A stretch of DNA of 55,503 nucleotides, the filler included, from Sphacelaria rigidula (lineage: Eukaryota), in NCBI GenBank assembly GCA_964200075.2. It is 5 parts of 5 records of this genome, joined end to end, with 100 filler letters (N's around TTAATTAATTAA, not from the genome) between each part and the next. Parts side by side here need not be neighbours in the genome. Positions count along the whole stretch, not along the records: positions 22,244 to 33,263 come from CAXNAA020005522.1; positions 33,364 to 44,383 come from CAXNAA020005523.1; 3 more parts are not named here. One strand, 5' to 3'. A model generated the notes under the pieces. That model made no database searches and was not told the DNA's origin. It was given only the letters and a program-made list of their open reading frames with translations. The stretch's first letter is position 1; each line of letters begins with the position of its first letter. A program made the translations under genes and the position numbers. Positions 24,625-35,786 of this stretch are shown one piece after another.

Positions 24625-27600
24625 CGAGCGTTGTTCGAGCTTTGTATGGCGCACATGACGGCCCTGGTTACCACAGCCGAAGCTGCAGTTGCACGAGCCA
24701 CAGCAAGCACCAAACCCTCCATCTCCTCCCCAGGCCATTGCACAAGCACAAGCGATGGCCACCAGCCATGGCCCTATACGCCAGTAGATTCAACTTCAGG
24801 CGAAGGGGGCGAAGATCGTGCGAGGAAAAGCCAGGCGACGGCGGATCACTTTGCCGTGTCTCAACGACAAGGGAGTGCCGAACAGGACGACGTGGGCGCG
24901 GGCACAGATGGGACGAGGCGTGAAAGAGCGACGTCGAGGTGGAATAGAGAGTCTGACGGTGCGCAGAGAGATGTGGCGTTCACACTGCGACAGCGTGTGA
25001 ATACGAATAGTACAGACAGTGACGGAGGCTGGTCATTCCCTGGCTCGGTGGGGGCGAGCGGCGCAGGAGGAGGGGACATCGAAATTCATCAATTTTTGCC
25101 ACCGGAGGGGGTAGAGGTGTGTTTATGCAGGGTCAGATCTAAGCACGGCTAGATTTCGTGGAGGTACATCCTCCAAATAGTTCTTGCGTGGAATTCGCCT
25201 GACATCTCCATAGACAACACATGCGTAGGGTGGCAGCCGTTGACACGGTGTTCGGTTTTGGCCTTTGGCACAGGTGACGAGAGAAAGGTCCTTGAGGGAA
25301 CGGGGGGAGGGGGTTGAAAGCTGTCAGTACTTGGCATCGGTGAGACTGTGGGTTTTCTGTGCTCGCCATGTAAAAGTCGGACAACATAAAAGCGACTGGA
25401 ACGAAGTAGGAGTACCACGTGCTTGTGAGTAGTATACATCAATCTGTGCTCTGCGATACGGACTTCGATCCTGTGGGGTTTATCTCGTGTGTCTGTATCC
25501 CTCTATCCCAGGTAGTTCAAATGCTCTTTCGAGCCATACTGTCCCTCCTCAGTGTGCCCGAAGCTCTCAACGACGATGTCGGCAAAGATACGGAAAGCTC
25601 AAGTTCACGCAAACCCAAGACTGGAGCTCATCAGTGGCGCAGCTTCTGGAAGAAGACACCACAAGCGATAAACGGCGGCGCAAGGGAAAGTATGTCCGCG
25701 TGCAATACATGATAGCGATGGAATGCGGATTACTCAGACCAATGCTTTCTTCGTAATGTATGATTTCCACCGTGGAAAGCGTGAGAATGTGAGTAAACAA
25801 AGTAGTCGACTCGGTTTGTGTGACGGGGGTTGACGGACGCGGTGCGGGAGTGCTGATCCAGTCCGCGAGACCAAAATGAAAGGCACGTACCGGGGGAGAG
25901 ATGGGCTGATCCCTTGAGACCACAGACTCATCCCGAGGAAGGGGAGGAGTTCAAAGTGTGAGGGGAGGAAAAAAGAAAGGGCGAAAAGGACACCAATAGG
26001 GGCTAGAGAAGTTCAGCTCACCACTGAAGAGTGGAAGAAGATGCCAATGAAGCAGCACACATTTCTGTATCCGGTGGTATGCGGTACCCGGCTTTTTGTT
26101 TTGCTAAGGTACGTGGACGTGAGTGCTTGTCGTATTAATTCCACGTTCTCCGCCTTGTACATTGTAACAAGCCTGCTTGTGCAAGCTCTGGGATGGGAGG
26201 AATGAAATACGGGTGGCATCACGTCTATCTCGATGTGCTGAGACTTCGTCGAACCTTCCACCATCTACACAGACCGCTTGCCACGTAGAGGTGGTGATGC
26301 GAAACAACACTACGCGGAAGGAAGAAGTGCTATGAGAACTATATCTGTATGACCTGATAGGCGAAGGGGTATCTCTTGTGGAGTGACCGCTTGACCTTAG
26401 TCACTTCGCTAAGAAAGCGCACCGAAAAAGTGCGTGATGAGCGTTCGTACGTAATACTCACGGCAGCACAATCTGGAGCGCTTCAGAAGCTCGCGAATAT
26501 ACTCTTTTCGCGAATTTACTCAGAGACACATGAACGGTAACCTAAATTTCAAGCACTTAGTGGCGACGTACACGGACCTCACAAGATATATTTCAGCACT
26601 TTGACCGGAATGGTCGAAATCACACGAGAGTTGGAGTGCCCGCCTGTCTTGAGGTGATGACTGATATTTTAAACCAGGAGGATAGAAGTGAAAACACAAT
26701 AACATTGATAAGAACTAAGCCGACTTCTCCACTTGTCGTGGCATATTGCAAAGATTATACCCGAACCAGCCCATCATGAATATCAGTTTCCTAACGATCC
26801 TCGCCCCTGTTTGTGATGTGCGCCGCTCGCTCTCTGCCATCGATTCAAGGTCGGGCGGAGCCCGAATCAGGTAAAACGGAAGGCCTTTTACGGCTTTGCT
26901 TTCGCCTCCTGCGGAGTGGCCCTGGGGATGACATTCTTCACCTATCCCTACTCGTCGTTGGCAAGGTAACCTGCGCCTCTCTCAGAGGTAGAGTCCAAGC
27001 TGACTTCATTGCAATTACTGCCAATTCGTTTCGGGAGTCGCCTGGAATCGGGATTTCGCCGCAGCTCAAGGACCAACTTCACAAATTTAGTGTAATCAGG
27101 ATACTGACATTTCTCCTCGGCTATGTTGAGGATGCCTGCATTCGAGTTGGTAGAAAAATGAATATTCTCGAGATTAAATTGTTTCGGCACGTACCAAGAG
27201 CATGTGAGGCGGGTGGTAGGTGCCTACTCCAGATGTGTGAGGGTTGGAGTGTTCCGGGTTGCGTGGCTTGGATGAATCGAAGGTTGTGTAGAAGACCCGG
27301 GTTTGCTCATAGATCGCTACGCTGTCGAGGCTGCTTTCAGTTTGGTTCGTGAAATAAGCCAAAAGGTGGGGTACACTAGAGTTGGAACTTGAAACATCCG
27401 ATATGCGTCTTGTATGCCCTCGACGCGGAAGTCGCAGTGGGCAGCAGACACAAAGTGCGGAGACGAAGCGATCTACGCACAGTCAATGTCTCCAGGTTGT
27501 TGTCAGTCGAAAAACATGTACATACACGGACAAATCGCAAAAGCGTGGGATACAGCGGAATAACCCATACCCAGTGCCTTATCTGCCGGCCAAGTACACG

Positions 27601-30600
27601 GCACACGCTGTGGAACTTAAAAGGGGGTTCGAGCAGCGTACCCGCTGATCGCGCTAATAGGATTGCCTATGATGGGGTGCATTTTCAGAAATTCCGTGTT
27701 GTGTCAAAGGAGATCACATGAGTATTTCTTCGAGTTGCTCGGTTACCCATTGTCACAGGAAAGCGTCACCTCATACGGGGCATTATCGCCGGTATCATCC
27801 TCTTCGCCTGCCTCTTGGGTACATACACATGAACCCCCTGAAATCGCAGGAGATCACGATCCTACCATTTGCCATGTCTGACCGAAAGGGTTGGTCGTAC
27901 TCGGAAGCAAGTACGTGAGAACACATGTAAACAACGCTTGATATGTGCCTTTTCACACATGAGGAGTCAGTCCCTGCTGACTATCAAGCATCAGTTGTTT
28001 TGAAAAGTTCTTCTTCCTTTGCCCTCAAACGAACTCATATATTACTCTAACGTCGCTAGAGCATCGCTCGTCAACTATCTCAGTGAACGCATCTTCCGCT
28101 TCCCCAATTGCGCGATGTTCAGATCTTGTCAACCTCAAGGACGATGATCAGCCCGACTGAACTCGCCGGTATGGTTCCCACCGTGTCAAGGTTCTTAACG
28201 AGGCCCAACTTGCATGTCAAGCACTCATGTCTGACGCTGCTCTACGGCATGACGACCACAAAGGACGTTGGCGCCAGTGATGGCCTAGGACGGGGTCCCA
28301 GGTAACCTTTTTCGGTAGTATTTTTCTTGGTTCCCCTTCAGGCGACACAGCGTATCACTCCCAGGTTGACGAAATTTGCAACCTCCATCTACTTTAAACC
28401 TACGTCGGGGACGCCGCTGCACTTGTTGCTTCTTGCTTTGTGCGCCTCGATGGATTGTCCGTGTCATAAAGGATCCGAATACGGAAGGGGCTTGTTGAAA
28501 TCCTTATTTATGGATGCATGTCCTCTTGTTAACACCGTACGGGGCAGGTGGGCTAATGATTGACATCATTTCACAGCCGGCTTCTCGAAATCAAATTGAG
28601 CACGCTGTATACGACCACGCCACGTGCGACCACGTCGGCGACAGTCATGTCGTCGAGAATATCTCGTCGTGATCGTAGTAATATCGAGTCATCCTACGAT
28701 AGGGGGGGGGGCGTACTCATTTTTTGCTTGCCTTAGTCGTTTGACCATTGACCACGCATCCCTTTCGGACGCATTGACCACGCATCCCTTTCGAGACGCA
28801 GCATCCTACGATAGGGTGGGGGGTATTTGATTGCACGAAAAAAACAGCTGATAAGTGTGTCAGATGACCTGCAACTCTCGCGATGCGCTTGTATTTGGTT
28901 CAAAACGGTGTCAATTGGTATGCATAAGCGTTATGTATCTATAACGAGCTCGTTCGAGCAACCGTTGCTGATATCAGCGGTGATTTGACTTAGAATTTCG
29001 TGCAAGAAGTGGCCCAAAATACCCCCCCCTCTCTATCGTAGGATTTGCTCCGTCTCGAAAGGGATGCGTGGTCAATGGTCAAACGACTAAGGCAAGCAAT
29101 AAATGAGTACGCCCCCCCGCCCTATCGTAGGATGACGATATCGTGTATCTCGAGAGACCAGGGTGTGCTTCCGGACATGCTAAATTTGGAATGTCGACCA
29201 GGAATGACTGAGCAGTTTCAAGTTGACCGTATCTCCGGCTGTTTTTCGCTCGCTGCATGAGGCCCTACGACTCTTACATCGTTCCCGTAACTTAGATCGA
29301 TTGTAATCACTTTAAAGCGTTCGATAGCCTTCCGAGTACCTAACGTCTCACTACAGGACGCCACGCCCCCGCGCCCCGATGATCTAACTGGTCTAACTGA
29401 AACTAGTAAGGACCGGTGATGGCGAGTTGAAATTCCCGCAGATGTAACTAAGTCGTATGATTTTAAAGAGTTTCCTTACCTTCGTTGTTAACAAGGTGAG
29501 GGCGTGAGTAGGAAGGAAAGCTGATGCGACGAGAGCCGACGCGCTGTAGGAGTGCTGATTCACTGCACGATACCATGATGTAAGGCGTGTACACGGGAAT
29601 TGATGGCTCGATCGCTTGAGACCACGGACTTGTTCCATGGAAGGAGAACATGTTGGAAGTGGGGCAAGAAGCAGACGCTCCCATGTGGACAATAACCGAA
29701 AGAGATACATTCATTTCGTAGTCCGCTGTCAGTGGGTTGATCCCAAGTGTCAACCCACCGGGTTCATGTGGTGGGCCACATCCATGAAAGATTTACCGAC
29801 GCCTCTTGGGTTGATGAGTAAATAGCACGACTTCCTTTGCAGTGGATGTACACACTGACGACTTGACTTTGATTGAAGAACCAAACCACTGTTCTCTCCA
29901 CATTGAAGATCCCACGAATAAACGGAGTAATGGGGGGTGAAGCCGCTGAGTGTTCACTTCTCCTACCCGAGCAAAAATACCAGAATGGACTGATGATCGC
30001 TGAGCGTTCGTTGGTGACCCGCAATCATGGTTAAACGTAGCTTCGACTTGAGGGCGAGGCATCGCCGCTATGCCTGCAGTAAAACTCGGAGAAGTTCACC
30101 ATGTGCTTCTGAGGAATAGTGTACGATTGCTCAAGACTTCGAAAATGGCGTCATGTCTGAGAAGAACCGCACGCATAATTGAACTGACTTTGACGGAAGT
30201 TAATAACGTGACTGTTTCTGTATTGAAGGTTCGATGTTAACGACTGACCCGGTTCAACAATTTTACCCGACAGTCTCGTCGGGTTTCATTAAGATTTTCT
30301 AGGTCAAGAATCCGGAAACGAGCGGCGCTGTACGCATTAATAGTTGCTATTCGACACATGTACATGTACTGTGACACCTGAATCCACCATCTACATCGCC
30401 TAGATAGGCTTTGACTTGACCTGTCTGTGCCTAAGACGCAGATCCCAAATGTATGATACTTTACGGGTTAGTGCCGTGTGCTGGGTCGATCGTTAGCAGT
30501 GGAACAATATCTAATCTTCAAACCGGGGTAACGTCGACGGAACCGTCCCAGGCTATGCACCGCTTGCTTTCGTCTGACCGACAAGATATCATGAGCTGAA

Positions 30601-32858
30601 ATGGTACTTGTACATGAAGCTTCGTATTTCGCAGGTTTTTGTTTTTTCGTCCATGATACTTTTGACCCGTCTCCTTGCCCAACACGAGCCCGTAGTTTCA
30701 AGGGATGAAGCCATGTCTACCGCAGTTCATGACTGGAACTTTGATGTCTCGGGTTGGATCAGTACCCGCGCACCGCGTCACCAGAATATGTTTGCTACCC
30801 CTCGCCGTCACGGTTCGACCGCGGAAATTACATACTCATCAGGAATCGAGACGTCAATAGTACATATGTTGGGGTTCGAATCCGTACCTCTTTGTCATAG
30901 TTGGCTATCGGTGCACTAAACATACACCAGCGGGGCGGGGGGGATGATCGGTTACACACGAATACACGCAATACCTGTAAGCCGCCTTTGCGTCAAGGAA
31001 CACCAGTATGACGCAAACGTTCGCACTGCTGGACATCGACCGCAGGCCTCGAGAAGTGGTATCTTGCCTGGCGAGCAATGACTCAGGCGTCCGCCTAGCC
31101 GCAGCTCAACTGGTCTTGGTTTTGGTCAAAGACGTGCTCTACAGTAAGACCGTCGTCTTTCCGGAAGCAACGCGAACCACCGAGGGTAAGCGTTGACATT
31201 GCATACGTGGGAGCTTAAAATGGGCTGCTGTGGGGGCAGCATTTGAAGGGCTCTACTTGTATGATGGAAAGGAAACGTGGTGATGCTACATGTCGCAATT
31301 TCTAGATCATGATCCAACTATATGGGTCCCGGCCAACGCCGTACTCTACACCCAGGACATCTAGCTCGTTGCTACTTAAGCACGGAGTCCAGGCGAAGGG
31401 AAAATAGTATTATAGTTGCTCCTGGCGATGCTTGCGAAGCCCTTTGAGGGTGAAATTGCGTTGTGTCGGTGGCAATCGAAATTTCAGTGTGAAAGAGCCC
31501 GGAGGTTTTGGTGCGCACAGTGAAACACTATCGTCATGTCAGGCCTCCTTGAGTGTTCTGCGAAGAGTCATTCCACGATAGGGAGGAGGGGGGGGGGCGT
31601 ACGCATTTGTTGCTTGCGATAGTCGTTTGACCATTGCCACGATAGGAGGAGAGGTGTTTGTTTACTACACCAAAAAAGGCTCATATGTGTGTCAGACGAT
31701 CCAGCACACTCACCGTGTGCTTGTACTTTGGTAAAAATGGTACTATGCAGTATGAATGAGAGTTGTGTATCGTTGACAAGCGTGTTCGTACAACCGTTGC
31801 TGCTTTCACCAGCAATTTGGAATGACTCTGAAAGGTGCTTCAAACATAGCTGGTGTTGTGGAGCTCGCCTGTTCGCTTCACGCCTTGCCCACCCAGTTTT
31901 CACAGGCATTATTTGTCTGAGCGCCATTTCGTTTGATTTCGCACACGATCTCCGAGTAAAGCGGTCTGTTGGTGGTCATCGAATGCGCCGGGGTAGTACC
32001 GACTTCATCTGTCTTTCGCGCATCGACTCGCCATGTTTCTTATTTGTCATGTAGGTTTCAATGAACACTCTGAGTAGGTTTCACTTGAGATGCGCGGGTA
32101 ACAACCCCATGCATGCCGCTCGTTCAGCAAATTCAATGTATTGCTGCTGAGACGTCAAGCGGTCGTGATCATCGCAGGTCATGTCCCTGCGCGTATGCGG
32201 ATGGCGTCAGGGGAGTCACAGGTGATATACCCGTAGTCTTGAAGAAGTGTCATGAAATGTTGAAAACATTATTCCAATTCCACGTTCGAAACCCGCACAC
32301 GTATCACTGGAAATATATGGGCCGGTAATAATAAAAAAACACATGCGTCCGAGTTTCATCGATTTTAAGCCCCGGCAGAGTGCGTGGTTGCGGGGTTTCC
32401 GGCGCGGGTAGCTTCGGGGCATGGTCACCATAGCTTGTGTTTATAACCAGGCTTGAACATTGCCCCCGAAGAGGAGTATTGTACTGTAGGTCACCCGCCA
32501 CCAGGCAATTTGAGGCAAGGCAGGTTGAAAACTGCACCAAGGTGGACCACGGCACGACACGTCTCCACAAAACACGGTGCTATTATTCGGAAGGGAAATG
32601 AACTTGAGGGCATGGCACTCGACAAATGTCTGGCCAGTACAAATTGTGGGTGGGAGGTGGCGTACGTGGTAAGCTACTCTACCCGGCCCTCTACTTCCAT
32701 CCATCGCTGTCATGCAGGTCTCACAGACTGAGTCAGACATGGATGAGGACTTTGACGTGCGACAACGGTCGGCAGAGGGATGCATCCCACCTCTGTTGTC
32801 CATGACTCGCATCCGAAGACGCACTATCGAGGGTGACGAGCCCATAGCAGAGCAGGAG
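24625..32858 (+). CDS. Partial multi-exon gene, probably an alpha-helical ARM/HEAT-like repeat protein
   Basis: Phase-consistent GT-AG exons: 24625-25116, 25512-25689, 26850-26965, 28123-28301, 30998-31185 (junction phases 0, 1, 0, 2). Likely further exons at ~32490-32656 and 32718-32858 are less certain. Peptides such as 'ELAGMVPTVSRFLTRPNLHVKHSCLTLLYGM' and 'REVVSCLASNDSGVRLAAAQLVLVL' look like HEAT/ARM helices (inference). Confidence 0.65.
28688..29136. mobile_element. Long-TIR MITE (~120-140-bp TIRs; possibly Mutator-like), in an intron
   Basis: GTCATCCTACGATAGGGGG...GCGTACTCATT...CCTTAGTCGTTTGACCATTGACCACGCATCCCTTTCG at 28688 has its reverse complement ending at 29136. Partial copies occur at ~3985-4060, ~31565-31830 and ~43418-43500. 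The TSD is unclear. Confidence 0.75.
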
Positions 32859-33749
32859 GTCAGTACTGCCAGCCCTGTTAATTGCTGCACAGACGTACTA
32901 GCTGCACGGCGTTAAAGTTTATGTACCTACACACACGGTATTCCGTTGCCGTCTGATACATTTAGAATCGCCGGTATCCTACGTATATAGTCGTCGATGT
33001 TTTGATGGCATTCGTCTCAAGTTCGAAACTTGTGAGGTGAAATCTTTCCCGTAGAGCGGCAACTCTCCCTCGCTCACACGTGGAGGGGGCTCCGCGTCAA
33101 AACAGGAGAGGAAGCGCCCGGCAATAGAGTAGAAGGTTTATACATGTAGCCCTCCTAGAGTGGCATAGCTTTAAGATCTACTGACACACGTCGTATCTTC
33201 CCCCCCCCCGTTTCCTTTCGTAGCCTGGTCCGGTGAGAACCCGGCGTGCTCCGTCCCGGCTTTNNNNNNNNNNNNNNNNNNNNNNNNNNNNNNNNNNNNN
33301 NNNNNNNTTAATTAATTAANNNNNNNNNNNNNNNNNNNNNNNNNNNNNNNNNNNNNNNNNNNNTGCAACAAGAGGGAAATCGAGCCCCACCCCGACCACA
33401 AAGGGCTGTGTGGCAAGGTGATGAGGACAATATCCAAGGTTACAAGTGGCGGGCGGCGGTTGCCACATCCTGGTGGAAGCTCTCCATCGCGACTGATACT
33501 GCTTGATACATATGTACATTGCCTGATGCGCACGACACCCGAATTATAGTAAAGACAGTTTGTACCGGAAAATAGGTTGGATGAAACTTTCGGTCTTCAT
33601 CCGTTACATACATCCGTTGATTTTTATCAACATGAAGCCACTGTTTCATGCATGTGCAGGACACGTCATTCCTAACCAGCCTCGTTGGTCGTTCTGGAGG
33701 CCCAGTCCCAAAAGGGTTGATGGGGCTATGCTCCAAGCGTGCTTCTAGC

Positions 33750-33960
33750 TTGCGCAGAACGCGTTTTGGTCGAAATCGGCGCCTGGGGCACCGATTTGAG
33801 GTCTGACAATACACCCTTTGCCCATGTTACACTCTCCACCACCTCGCCCGAGGGTTCTCGGTGTGCCTTCGTTGGGGTTAGGGTTAGGGTTGGTGTTATA
33901 GTTTGTTCGAAGTTATAAGATTCTGAGAAATTTCTCACTATCCCAAATGGTAAACTGACC
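33750..33960 (+). repeat. Interspersed repeat carrying a GC hairpin and degenerate TTAGGG telomere-like units
   Basis: GCGCAGAACGCGTTTT...AAATCGGCGCCTGGGGCACCGATTT-GAGGTCTG...GGTTCTCGGT...GGGGTTAGGGTTAGGGTTGG. Copies at ~2863-3060 (+) and ~52010-52130 (-). Confidence 0.7.
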
Positions 33961-34378
33961 TTACATAGACACCATCTGTAAGGTTATGCCATCATTCGCG
34001 TTTGCGTTAAAGCCAAAACCCGTGTTGAGGCAGGAACCCGCGTACCCGCGTCAAGGCGATACCCGCCTGCTTCCGGGTCAAGGCTGGAGTACGAGTTGGG
34101 GTAGGGTTGCTCGGCTTGTCAATATTTCGCCTCAATACGGATCCAGCACTGTAGAAATATCTATTTCCCACATCACCTCGTATTGGTTCGTTTGATCAAG
34201 TTTCAATGCCATAATTGGACTAACTAGACTAACCCCAATACAATTGATGGTTATGGCCTCGTTGTGTGTAAAGGCAGACGAGAGGGGGTGGGATTCCTTC
34301 GCCTCAACCAAACAAAAAAAACATTTTTTCACTACTTGTAAAACGCCGGCACAAATATCAGATTTCTACGAAATTTAA

Positions 34379-34583
34379 AAAGGGCAGGTCGAGTAGAGTA
34401 TACACGATTGCGGGATATTTTGAAAGTCTCACGTGAAGTACACAAATCGGGAGTAGGGTTTCAGGGATCGCTTTCCAAATATTATTTGGATACGACTTCT
34501 AACACTCGACCCTAATTTGAGCACCTCAAGTGCGTCTTTCAAAATACCCCGCAGTTGCGTATACTCTGCCCGACCTGCCCTTG
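34379..34583. mobile_element. hAT-type MITE, 205 bp, almost fully palindromic
   Basis: AAAGGGCAGGTCGAGTAGAGTATAC ... GTATACTCTGCCCGACCTGCCCTTG, with centre CCAAATATTATTTGG. Flanks AAATTTAA / AAATTTAT give a 7/8 TSD. Same TIR family as 53530-54757. Confidence 0.8.
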
Positions 34584-35028
34584 AAATTTATTTTGTTTTT
34601 TTCAGTCCAAACCTCCGCAGAAAAGGTGGCGGTTCACGTAGCAGGCAACAGAATCGTTCTGAGCAGAAAAGCGATGAACCAAAAGTCACCGACCAGGGAA
34701 TCGGAGAAATGATCTGGTTTCCTCAGAGCTAGGCGAAAAACATTGTCCAACAGACTGGGGGTCCGAAAAAGTCAATCCACGGGAGAAAATCGGGCTGAAA
34801 TCCTCATAATTGTACAAATACGGATTGGTTGCCGTACAAAGTGGTCTTGGGAGCACAATCGTGGCCTTGAACAATTGCTGTCAACATTCCTACGCCTGAA
34901 GAGTCAAGTCATCGTGCATATCGCTGGACTGTCAGCCCCTCGTTTCGTAACAGTCATGCTTGGTCATTGCAAGGGCTAAACCCACAAACGTTCGTGCGTA
35001 CGCATCAAAATAACCCCATATCTTGCAG

Positions 35029-35279
35029 TTGTCAAGGGGACGAATCTAGTCCAAGCACCGCCACCGGCCGTGCAACAAAAGGAGCGCAACAAGATGCAGG
35101 CCAGGCTGTCGGCGCTCCTGGCAGGGGACGGCCGAGCGGACTCCGGGGGCGCCGTGATGCATGCGGTCAGCGTTACATCTTGGCTCACAGAAGCAGAACC
35201 CGATACCCGAACTCCGACCGGCGCGGGTGGCCATGGAGATTCGGTGGGTGCAGGAGTGCACAATGTAGTCGTACCGTAA
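35029..35279 (+). CDS. Probable exon: either the 5' exon of the C2-DENN gene (ATG 35095, donor after 35243) or a terminal exon ending at TAA 35279
   Basis: Protein-like frame 'QQKERNKMQARLSALLAGDGRADSGGAVMHAVSVTSWLTEAEP'. There is a CAG acceptor at 35028 and a phase-0 GTGGGT donor at 35244 that is compatible with the phase-0 exon at 35787. Confidence 0.45.
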
Positions 35280-35786
35280 ACCCGAGATGAACTGGAAATA
35301 GTAATTCTGGAGCTTGTCCACAGACCATCAACAAGGAGTTGTGCCGAGAGCTCAGGGTGGTGAGGGGCAAGGAAAACGTCGAAATATACTGTTCCGGAGT
35401 TTGCAATGATCTCTTGAGATGAGCGTGCCAAATTTTACACTTTTTGACTTGCGCACATCCTATTTGGTGGTAGGAACGGTCGCCCTCGCGCAAGTCTTGA
35501 CTTGCTCGGTTTTTTAATGTCTTGCTCCTGGATATTTCCCACACCGTACATCGAAACCGAGGAATACTGAATGCTCTCCTACCAACGTACAGCATCGCAC
35601 TATTGTCGGCAGAAAATGTATACGGGCACAACAGTAGCTCATGTGCCATTGCGCAGCCAGAGAGAGCGCACAACCTCGCCTTTCGGAGCTAAACTCGCCC
35701 CCGCCGCGACCGTCTGTCCGTCCGCTGCCCGTACGTCGCATTCTATGATTCTCCGCAAAAAAAAATGTTTGAACTGCCGGTAACAG

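Noticed and set aside
29700..30060. Possible tyrosine-recombinase remnant on the minus strand (FARVGEV)
   Set aside because: It is a single short resemblance with no HxxR or Tyr motif. The adjacent sequence is a non-coding repeat copy.
31185..35279. Joining the ARM/HEAT-like gene to the exon at 35029-35279, whose splice phase matches
   Set aside because: The join crosses an artificial linker between unrelated contigs, and a phase match occurs by chance one time in three.
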